Below, piece after piece: positions 9,749-17,062 of a stretch of DNA of 64,000 nucleotides. How positions within the stretch are numbered: position 1 is the first letter of the stretch; each line of letters opens with the position of its first letter. This stretch comes from Bacteroidales bacterium (lineage in GTDB: Bacteria; Bacteroidota; Bacteroidia; Bacteroidales; GCA-2748055), in contig JACJXF010000002.1 in the NCBI GenBank assembly GCA_020636775.1, positions 3,747 through 67,746 on the forward strand, given 5' to 3'. Made by a program: the position numbers and the translations under genes. Under the pieces are notes generated by a model that was not told where the DNA came from, ran no database searches, and was given only the letters and a program-made list of their open reading frames with translations.

Positions 9749-10876
9749 CTAATTTACAAATTCAATTATTCTTTCTGTGATAAAATGCTGCTGTTCTTCA
9801 TCAAGCTCGGTATGCATGGGAAGGGAAAGCACCTCCCCGCAGGCTTTTTCAGCCACAGGGAAATCACCTTTTTTATAAGCCAGGTCTGCATAAGCTTTTT
9901 GAAGGTGAAGAGGGAGGGGATAATAAATCATGCAGGGAACCGATGCTTTTTCAAGCGCGGTTTTCAAGGCATCTCTCTGTCCCTGCTTAACCCTGAGAGT
10001 ATATTGATGAAAGATATGATCGCTGTATTTCATGCGCACAGGAATGGAAATATTATGCAATCCCATGAGGGCATTATCATAAAAATCTGCTGCAGTCCTT
10101 CGGGCCGTGTTAAACTCATCGAGATATTTTAATTTAACGCTGAGTATGGCCGCCTGAAGTGTGTCAAGCCTGGAATTTACCCCCACATAATCGTAGTGAT
10201 ATCTCTTAATCATTCCGTGGTTCACCACTGCAGATAATTTTTCGGCTATCGCAAGGTCATTGGTAAAAAGTGCACCGCCATCCCCAAATGCTCCAAGGTT
10301 TTTGGATGGGAAGAAAGAGGTGCAGCCTATGGTTCCCATGGTTCCTGATTTCCTGCGATGAGAATCGGCAAATATATAGTCTGCCCCAAGGCTCTGTGCG
10401 GCATCTTCAATCACATATAGGCCATGCTTTTTGGCAAGACTTAGAATCTTTTCCATATTGGAACACTGACCAAAAAGATGGACGGGCACAATGGCTTTTG
10501 TTTTTGGGGTAATGGCCGATTCCAGTTTTTCTGTATCCATATTGAACGACCCGGCCTCAATATCAACAAAGACGGGTTTCAGTCCCAATAATTTCACAAC
10601 CTCCACGGTTGCAACGAAAGTAAATGGAGTGGTAATAATTTCATCACCCGGTTTCAGCTCAAGTGCCATAAGAGCTATCTGCAGGGCATCAGTTCCATTG
10701 GCACATGAAATAACCCTGGCTGCACCAAGATAATTGCTGAGAGCATTTTCAAAAGATTTCACCTCTGGGCCCTTAATGAATGCGGTGGTTTCAATCACAT
10801 TTTGAAGAGCCTTGTCAATTTCTTCTTTTATCCTGCTGTATTGGCCGTAAAGATCGACCATCTTTATTTCCTTCAT
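9749..10876 (-). CDS. wbpE: DegT/DnrJ/EryC1/StrS aminotransferase, WbpE/PorR-like
   Basis: The family layout is typical: MVDLYGQY..., CANGTDAL, and the SFFPSKNLGAFGDGG PLP-lysine region. Length is 375 aa. The true start may be the internal Met (MVDL). Confidence 0.8.
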   Translation of the reverse strand: MKEIKMVDLYGQYSRIKEEIDKALQNVIETTAFIKGPEVKSFENALSNYLGAARVISCANGTDALQIALMALELKPGDEIITTPFTFVATVEVVKLLGLKPVFVDIEAGSFNMDTEKLESAITPKTKAIVPVHLFGQCSNMEKILSLAKKHGLYVIEDAAQSLGADYIFADSHRRKSGTMGTIGCTSFFPSKNLGAFGDGGALFTNDLAIAEKLSAVVNHGMIKRYHYDYVGVNSRLDTLQAAILSVKLKYLDEFNTARRTAADFYDNALMGLHNISIPVRMKYSDHIFHQYTLRVKQGQRDALKTALEKASVPCMIYYPLPLHLQKAYADLAYKKGDFPVAEKACGEVLSLPMHTELDEEQQHFITERIIEFVN

Positions 10877-10954
10877 TCACAGTTTGGTTTTGGAGGAACA
10901 CAAAGGTAATTAATAACAATCACATGAAATAATTCAATTTGGCAAAATCGTTAG

Positions 10955-10962
10955 TAACTTTG
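10955..10962 (+). promoter_or_regulatory. candidate -7 box (TAACTTTG)
   Basis: It matches TAnnTTTG about 40 nt upstream of the SPOR-protein start. Confidence 0.3.
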
Positions 10963-11001
10963 TCCTTTTCATAAAGAGGGTGAAGGCCTTTTTTTATAAA
11001 T

Positions 11002-12138
11002 TTGTTAAAAATTTCGAAATTGGCTCTGATAGAATACATTAAGGATCAATTGCTTTTCAATGAAAGCCTGACGCTTCCAGGACTGGGTTCATTTGAAATC
11101 CGAAAAAAATCGTCCAGGATTAAGGGGAATAAAATTTCTCCTCCATCTGCGACGGTGTTTTTCAACCAGGAAAACAGTCTGGACGACGGAAAGCTTGCAA
11201 AGGCACTCGCCAATGCGGAAGAGATATCACAGGATGAGGCCGCTCAGAAAGTACTTGAATTTATCGATGAGATTCTTTTTGCACTGAATAAAGGTGAAAA
11301 GTTCCCTCTTGAAGGTTTTGGAACCCTGTTCAGGGATGAGGAAAATGTTTTAAGGTTTGAGAAGGATCCATCTTTTAATGTGGGTGTTGAATCTTTCGGA
11401 CTCGAATCCTTTGAAATTGATCCTATTGAAGAGTCGACGGAGGATATCGCCCCTGTTGAAGAATTTACAAAAAAGGAAGAGCTTCATGCTTCTGCTGAGG
11501 TGAAGGAAGAAAAACCGAGTAAGATTAAGCATGAGTCAGGTGCAATAATACCTCCTCCGCAAATTGATCCCCCCTCACCAAAAGAGCTTAAAAGTTCGCG
11601 TAGTTTATTCTGGATACTAACCGGTGCTATAATTGTCATTTTGATATCTTTTGTTCTGGTAAAGATGACTACCAACCTCCTCGACGGACCTGGTATGTCC
11701 ATCTTCAGCCACGGACAGGATGATAAAACCGGCCTGTTTCCGGAAGATGAGAACTGGGATCTGGAATCGAGTCTGAACAGTGATCTGGGGGATGCGATCG
11801 ACTCAATGACCATGCAGGAAAATGCCCTGTCAATAAAGGAAACAAAGGCTCCTGAAGAAAAAATTGTGGTACTTGAGCCTAAGACAGTTAATCCTTCCGA
11901 ATATAAAGAATTTCACATCATTGCAGGCAGTTTCAAGGACAAGGTGAACGCTGGAATCCTTCAACAGGAACTTACTGAGAAAGGTTATCCTGCTGTTGTA
12001 ATTCAGCAGGGAGATAAACTCTACAGGGTAAGCGCCATGTCGTTCAGTGATAAAAATGCAGGATTGCAGGAACTTCAAAAGTTTAAGCAAAAAACAAAAA
12101 ATAACGCCGCCTGGCTGCTAAGTCTGAAAAATGAGTGA
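11002..12138 (+). CDS. HU-like N-terminal domain / SPOR C-terminal domain membrane protein
   Basis: The N-terminus (LPGLGSFEI...FPLEGFGTLFRDE) resembles HU-CCDC81-type folds. A central TM segment follows (LFWILTGAIIVILISFVLV). The C-terminus (FHIIAGSFKDKVNAGILQQELTEKGYPAVVIQQGDKLYRVSAMSF) looks like SPOR. The start codon (TTG) is uncertain. Confidence 0.65.
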   Translation: MLKISKLALIEYIKDQLLFNESLTLPGLGSFEIRKKSSRIKGNKISPPSATVFFNQENSLDDGKLAKALANAEEISQDEAAQKVLEFIDEILFALNKGEKFPLEGFGTLFRDEENVLRFEKDPSFNVGVESFGLESFEIDPIEESTEDIAPVEEFTKKEELHASAEVKEEKPSKIKHESGAIIPPPQIDPPSPKELKSSRSLFWILTGAIIVILISFVLVKMTTNLLDGPGMSIFSHGQDDKTGLFPEDENWDLESSLNSDLGDAIDSMTMQENALSIKETKAPEEKIVVLEPKTVNPSEYKEFHIIAGSFKDKVNAGILQQELTEKGYPAVVIQQGDKLYRVSAMSFSDKNAGLQELQKFKQKTKNNAAWLLSLKNE

Positions 12139-12541
12139 GGATACCTTCTTTCAAAGAACCAAACGAAAAACAATCACTTTTTTTAAGCGTTTATTGTTGA
12201 TTCTTGTTCTTGCCCTTCTGGCATTTCTTGCCTTTGCCTACTGGGGAACCGTTGAATCAGGGGTGATAGCCGGAAGGGTTTTAAAAATAAGTGAGAAAGG
12301 ATTGTTATTTAAAACATACGAAGGGAGGCTAAGCCTGGAATCCTCAAACAGGGCAGGCAGTCTTTCTGAAACATTTGATTTCTCAGTTGCCGGAAAAGAC
12401 AGCCTTGTAATTCATACGCTGCAGGAAGCCGCCCTGAATAGTGAGCGCGTGAACCTGCACTACAGCAAACACTATATGAAGTTTTTCTGGAGAGGCGAAA
12501 GCAAGTATTTTGCTACTCAGGCAGAGTTTAACACAGACTGA
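12131..12541 (+). CDS. hypothetical membrane-anchored protein (136 aa)
   Basis: It has a single N-terminal TM segment (LLLILVLALLAFLAFAYW) and overlaps the upstream stop by 8 nt. I recognised no family. Confidence 0.45.
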   Translation: MSEDTFFQRTKRKTITFFKRLLLILVLALLAFLAFAYWGTVESGVIAGRVLKISEKGLLFKTYEGRLSLESSNRAGSLSETFDFSVAGKDSLVIHTLQEAALNSERVNLHYSKHYMKFFWRGESKYFATQAEFNTD

Positions 12542-12549
12542 GACAGCAT

Positions 12550-14583
12550 TTATTTTACCATACTGCCGTTCACAGCCTCGGGCCTTGGTTCAACAAAGAA
12601 TAGTTTTCCGTCAGCATTTTCCGAAAGAAGTATCATTCCCTGCGATTGTATACCTTTTATTTCCCTTGGCTCAAGATTAAGGAGGATACATACCTTCTGC
12701 CCCACAAGATTTTCAGGTTCAAAAAATTCGGCAATCCCTGAAACCACGGTTCTTTTATCAATACCTGTATCTACCAGTAATTTCATAAGCTTCTTCGTCT
12801 TGGCAACTTTTTCTGCTGAAAGTATGGTAGCAACCCTTATATCCATTTTTCCAAAATCATCGAAACTGACAGCAGACTTTGATGGCTCACTGACAAGGGC
12901 TTTGTTTTCGTTATCCAGTTTATTATTTTTTAGTTTCTGAAGCTGAGCTTCTATTACCTCGTCTTCAATTCTTTCAAACAACAACTCAGGCTGGTTGAGT
13001 AAATGATTTACTTCCAGCAGGTCCTTTCGTCCCCCGTCAGCCCAGCTGAAATTTTTAAGATCAATCATCTTTCTGAGTCTGGATGATGTATCCGGAAGAA
13101 AGGGGTCGAACAAAATGCTCAGATTGGCAGTAAGCTGAAGTGAAATATTCAGAATGGTCCTGACGCGCTCCGGATCTGTTTTAAATATTTTCCAGGGTTC
13201 GGTATCCGCAAGGTACTTGTTGCCAAGTCGGGCAAGATCCATTGCCTCCTTAAGAGCTTCGCGGAAGCGGAAGGTATCAAGGCTCTTTTCAATAGCCTGT
13301 TTTGACTTTTCGAACTGTTCCAGGACCTCATGGTCGAAATCAGAAAGCTCTGCCTGGGCAGGAACCTTTCCCCCGAAATATTTATGAGTGAGAACCATGG
13401 TACGGTTAACGAAATTTCCGAAAATGGCAAGCAGTTCATTATTGTTCCTTGCCTGGAAATCCTTCCATGTAAAGTCATTATCCTTGGTTTCCGGTGCATT
13501 GGCACAAAGCACATAACGCAGAACGTCCTGCTTTCCGGGGAATTCATCGAGGTACTCGTGCAGCCATACGGCCCAGTTACGGGATGTGGAGAGCTTGTCA
13601 CCCTCGAGATTCAGAAACTCGTTTGCGGGAACATTCTCAGGAAGAATATAGCTTCCTTCAGCATTCAACATGGCGGGGAATACAATGCAATGAAAGACGA
13701 TATTGTCTTTTCCGATAAAATGTATCAGGCGGGTATCCTCACTTTTCCAGTATTTCTCCCAGTCTGGCGTCAGCTCGCGGGTTGCAGAAATATAGCCTAT
13801 GGGCGCATCAAACCAGACATACAGAACTTTGCCTTCTGCACCCTTAACCGGAACAGGTATTCCCCAATCCAGATCGCGGCTAACCGCACGTGGCTGAAGA
13901 CCACCGTCGAGCCAGGATTTACACTGTCCGTAAACATTCGGCTTCCAGTGTTTATTGTCTTCCAAAATCCATTTTTTGAGAAAAGCCTCATATTTATCCA
14001 GGGGAAGAAACCAGTGATTCGTCTCTTTCAGAACCGGAACAGCTCCGGAGATCATGGATTGAGGATTGATAAGATCCGTGGCATTTAAGGATGATCCGCA
14101 ATTTTCACACTGGTCACCGTAGGCGTTCTCGTTTCCGCAACGCGGACAGGTACCGGTTATGTACCGGTCGGCCAGGAACTGCTCCGCCTCCGGATCATAA
14201 TATTGTTCGGTTGTCTTTTCTATAAATTCACCTTTATTGTAAAGGGTTTTGAAAAATTCTGTAGCGGTTTCATAGTGAACCGGGGAGGTGGTGCGGGAAT
14301 AAATATCAAAACTTATTCCCAGTCTTTCGAACGATTCCTTGTTGAGGGAATGATATTTATCAACCACATCCTGTGGACTTACACCTTCATTTTTAGCCTT
14401 TATGGTTATAGGAACCCCGTGCTCATCCGATCCGCAGACAAATATGATATCCAGGGATTTTCCGCGCAGATAACGGGCAAAAATATCGGCGGGAATATAG
14501 ACGCCGGCCAGGTGACCAAAATGTATTGGGCCATTGGCATAGGGCAGGGCAGCCGTAAGGGTGTATCTTTTATACTCTTTCAT
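12550..14583 (-). CDS. metG: methionine--tRNA ligase
   Basis: Motifs seen are PIHFGH (HIGH), KLSTSRN (KMSKS), the zinc knuckles CPRCGN...CENCG, and a C-terminal EMAP-type tRNA-binding domain. I moved the start to the internal ATG (cat at 14581-14583, [18 protein letters not shown]). The 46 upstream codons of the track ORF run through a repeat-rich intergenic region. Confidence 0.92.
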   Translation of the reverse strand: MKEYKRYTLTAALPYANGPIHFGHLAGVYIPADIFARYLRGKSLDIIFVCGSDEHGVPITIKAKNEGVSPQDVVDKYHSLNKESFERLGISFDIYSRTTSPVHYETATEFFKTLYNKGEFIEKTTEQYYDPEAEQFLADRYITGTCPRCGNENAYGDQCENCGSSLNATDLINPQSMISGAVPVLKETNHWFLPLDKYEAFLKKWILEDNKHWKPNVYGQCKSWLDGGLQPRAVSRDLDWGIPVPVKGAEGKVLYVWFDAPIGYISATRELTPDWEKYWKSEDTRLIHFIGKDNIVFHCIVFPAMLNAEGSYILPENVPANEFLNLEGDKLSTSRNWAVWLHEYLDEFPGKQDVLRYVLCANAPETKDNDFTWKDFQARNNNELLAIFGNFVNRTMVLTHKYFGGKVPAQAELSDFDHEVLEQFEKSKQAIEKSLDTFRFREALKEAMDLARLGNKYLADTEPWKIFKTDPERVRTILNISLQLTANLSILFDPFLPDTSSRLRKMIDLKNFSWADGGRKDLLEVNHLLNQPELLFERIEDEVIEAQLQKLKNNKLDNENKALVSEPSKSAVSFDDFGKMDIRVATILSAEKVAKTKKLMKLLVDTGIDKRTVVSGIAEFFEPENLVGQKVCILLNLEPREIKGIQSQGMILLSENADGKLFFVEPRPEAVNGSMVK

Positions 14584-14666
14584 GAAGGTGTTGATGATTC
14601 TTAAAATAAACCGCAAAGATAATAAAAATGGATATGGGATGGAGGAATATGTTGGAATTTGGAAAA

Positions 14667-14715
14667 GCAGGTGACGGTCGTTACGATCGTTACGGACGTA
14701 ACGTTCGTTACCTGC
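14667..14715. repeat. inverted ends GCAGGT/ACCTGC enclosing four 9-bp periodic CGT(T/A)AC units
   Basis: I read directly gcaggtgac GGTCGTTAC GATCGTTAC GGACGTAAC GTTCGTTAC ctgc. CGTTACG and CGTAACG are mutual reverse complements. Confidence 0.6.
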
Positions 14716-14746
14716 TTTCAAATATTTCCCAAATTTTTCCTAATTT

Positions 14747-14802
14747 GCACCCTCATGAACGCACCCTCATGAACGCACTCCCTTGAACACACACCCATGA
14801 AC
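14747..14802. repeat. 14-bp tandem repeat, two perfect and two degenerate units
   Basis: The units are GCACCCTCATGAAC x2, then GCACTCCCTTGAAC, then ACACACCCATGAAC. The last unit contains the ATG used by the ldcA-like ORF. Confidence 0.6.
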
Positions 14803-15711
14803 ACCCCCCCATACCTTAAACCCGGAGACCATGTTGGCATCATCGCTCCTGCCCGGAAAATTAAAATGGCAGAAATTGAAGCCTTTCTGGCTCTGCTTGA
14901 AAAATGGGGATTGAGATATAAACTGGGGAAGAATCTTTTTGCTGAAGAAAACCAGTATTCCGGCAGTGATTCCCAGAGGGCTGATGATTTCAATGACATG
15001 CTTCAGGATACTGATGTAAGGGCTATATTTGCTGCCCGTGGGGGTTATGGCTCGATACGGATTTTACGGCAGCTCGATTTTTCAGGCTTTGAGAAGGATC
15101 CGAAATGGATTGGCGGATTTTCCGACATTACGGTTTTTCACTCCTATCTGAGTAGTTTTTTAAATACCGAGAGTCTGCATTGCATGATGCCCTTCAACTA
15201 TAAACCCGGGGATGAGGAAAGTGAAGAATCAGCTGAAAGTCTTCGTAAAGCTCTTTTCGGGGAAAAGCTGGAATACAGTTTTCCTTCCTTTTCGGCCAAC
15301 AGGATCGGGAATGCATCAGGAGAGATTGCAGGGGGAAATTTATCTATATTGTATAGTTTAAACGGGACGGGATTTTTGCCGGATCTGCGAACCAAAATAT
15401 TATTTATTGAAGATATTGACGAGTACCTTTATCATATCGACCGTATGATGCTGAACCTTTCCCTGAGCGGATCACTCACAAATATCCGGGGTCTTGTAGT
15501 GGGAGGCTTCACCGACCTGAAGGATAATGCAGTCCCCTTTGGAAAAGATTATCCTGAAATAATACGGGAAGCATGCGAAAAATATGATTTCCCCATTTCT
15601 TTTCTTTTTCCTGCAGGTCATCAAAACAGAAATCTGACGCTGATTTTTGGCAGACAAGTGCAATTAAGTATTGAAGAGGATCATTGCAGAATGATTTTCA
15701 GCGAGAAATAA
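14797..15711 (+). CDS. ldcA: LD-carboxypeptidase (peptidase S66, muramoyltetrapeptide carboxypeptidase-like)
   Basis: GGFSDIT supplies the Ser nucleophile. FIEDIDEYLYHIDRM and FPAGHQ supply the Glu/His triad context. Length is 304 aa. Confidence 0.8.
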   Translation: MNTPPYLKPGDHVGIIAPARKIKMAEIEAFLALLEKWGLRYKLGKNLFAEENQYSGSDSQRADDFNDMLQDTDVRAIFAARGGYGSIRILRQLDFSGFEKDPKWIGGFSDITVFHSYLSSFLNTESLHCMMPFNYKPGDEESEESAESLRKALFGEKLEYSFPSFSANRIGNASGEIAGGNLSILYSLNGTGFLPDLRTKILFIEDIDEYLYHIDRMMLNLSLSGSLTNIRGLVVGGFTDLKDNAVPFGKDYPEIIREACEKYDFPISFLFPAGHQNRNLTLIFGRQVQLSIEEDHCRMIFSEK

Positions 15712-15730
15712 TTCACTTAATCCTGGTACT

Positions 15731-16099
15731 ATGGCTCAGCATAACGACAGGGGCCGTGAAGCCGAGGATCTGGCAGCAGAATACCTGGCTTCTGATGGCT
15801 ACAGAATCCTTCATCGCAACTGGCGTTCGTATCATAAAGAAATTGATATTGTTGCAGAGAAGGATAATCATCTTATTATTATTGAAGTGAAAAGCTGGAG
15901 CGGAGCGAATGTGGTGAGGGCCGACGAATTACTTTCAGGCGGAAAGCAGCGATTCATTGTTGATGCAGCGGAAGCCTACATAAACAAGTACAAATCAGAG
16001 CTTGAGACGCGCTTTGATCTGGTAATAGTCAGCTTTTCCGGCAAGGGACCGGAAATTGAGCATATCAAAGGAGCATTTATTCCGGGGGTAAACTGGTAA
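15731..16099 (+). CDS. yraN: YraN family (UPF0102) endonuclease-like protein
   Basis: GREAEDLAAEYL...GYRILHRNWR....EIDIVA...IIIEVK is the family signature. Length is 122 aa. Confidence 0.85.
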   Translation: MAQHNDRGREAEDLAAEYLASDGYRILHRNWRSYHKEIDIVAEKDNHLIIIEVKSWSGANVVRADELLSGGKQRFIVDAAEAYINKYKSELETRFDLVIVSFSGKGPEIEHIKGAFIPGVNW

Positions 16100-16178
16100 A
16101 CCCCGATGGTGAAACACGCATTAATCTAAAGTGTGATTCCGGGCGGGCCATTGAATTGAGGGAGGAATTTTTGGCCTC

Positions 16179-16889
16179 CTAATTATCACTTTCTTTGACA
16201 ATTTTGTGTATGGAATTTATATTTTTTATGCCAATAGCAAATAAAAGAAGCCATATTTCCCGTGATAAAATATATAATTTCTCGGCTAGTCCGGCATAAG
16301 GAAGTCTTAATGAATTAACCACAAATAGAGAAATTAAAAATACAACACAAAGTATTGTTAATAGATTGGCTGATTTGAATATATTGTCCCATTCGGGTTC
16401 TTTTTTGATTCTTTTTGTTAGAAGTATTGCACCGATAATGAAGAAAAACCAACCTGCAATAGCTGAACCCATATGAATTTTACCTGAAATTGTGGTCGGA
16501 AAACTTCCAGGGGCTAAAATATCAGTTGGGAAAATTGCGGTAAGTAAATACGTGATCCCAAATAGAATGAGAAGAATTCCTCCGGTCTTGTAACCAGTAC
16601 TTTTCTTCACCTTAGCTATCATTAAAATGTAAAGGGAAATGGTTCCCAGGGCAGTAATTATGTATGCAATAGTGTATATAATCCCACTCCTGCCAACAGC
16701 ATAATCACTAATATAATTCTTAAAAAAAGTATAATCCGGTCGTAAAAAATGAACTGCAATTGCTGCAAGAATATAGTAAAGTGGCGCAAATACAGAAAGG
16801 TAGAAGGTTACTCTTAAAAGCCATGAATTCTCCGAGTTTGAAATAAGACTTTTCATATTCTTTTTTTTAGTTAAACATTTTTTAAACAA
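16179..16889 (-). CDS. polytopic membrane protein (DUF998-like)
   Basis: About six hydrophobic segments are present. Similarity to DUF998 is from memory only. An alternative start is the ATG at 16856 (MKSLISN). Confidence 0.4.
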   Translation of the reverse strand: MFKKCLTKKKNMKSLISNSENSWLLRVTFYLSVFAPLYYILAAIAVHFLRPDYTFFKNYISDYAVGRSGIIYTIAYIITALGTISLYILMIAKVKKSTGYKTGGILLILFGITYLLTAIFPTDILAPGSFPTTISGKIHMGSAIAGWFFFIIGAILLTKRIKKEPEWDNIFKSANLLTILCVVFLISLFVVNSLRLPYAGLAEKLYILSREIWLLLFAIGIKNINSIHKIVKESDN

Positions 16890-17062
16890 CTGAATTTTAA
16901 AAACGTTTGTTAAAAAAAGTTAAAGATTCGTTTCTAAAAAAATGTTAAAAATTATTTGTTAATCTGAACATTTGAATATTTGAACTTGTTTTTGGAAAAT
17001 CATTTCAACTATTATATTTCCGTATAAGCAATTTATCAAAAGATTATTTAATTGATATTTGT

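Noticed and set aside
13330-14088. 252-aa plus-strand ORF, along with 13149..13601 and other ORFs inside metG
   Set aside because: They overlap the strongly supported metG frame and are shadow ORFs.
14584-14721. 46-codon 5' extension of the metG ORF ([17 protein letters not shown]...)
   Set aside because: The conserved MetRS N-terminus begins at the internal Met ([18 protein letters not shown]). The extension is a translation of the 9-bp repeat region.
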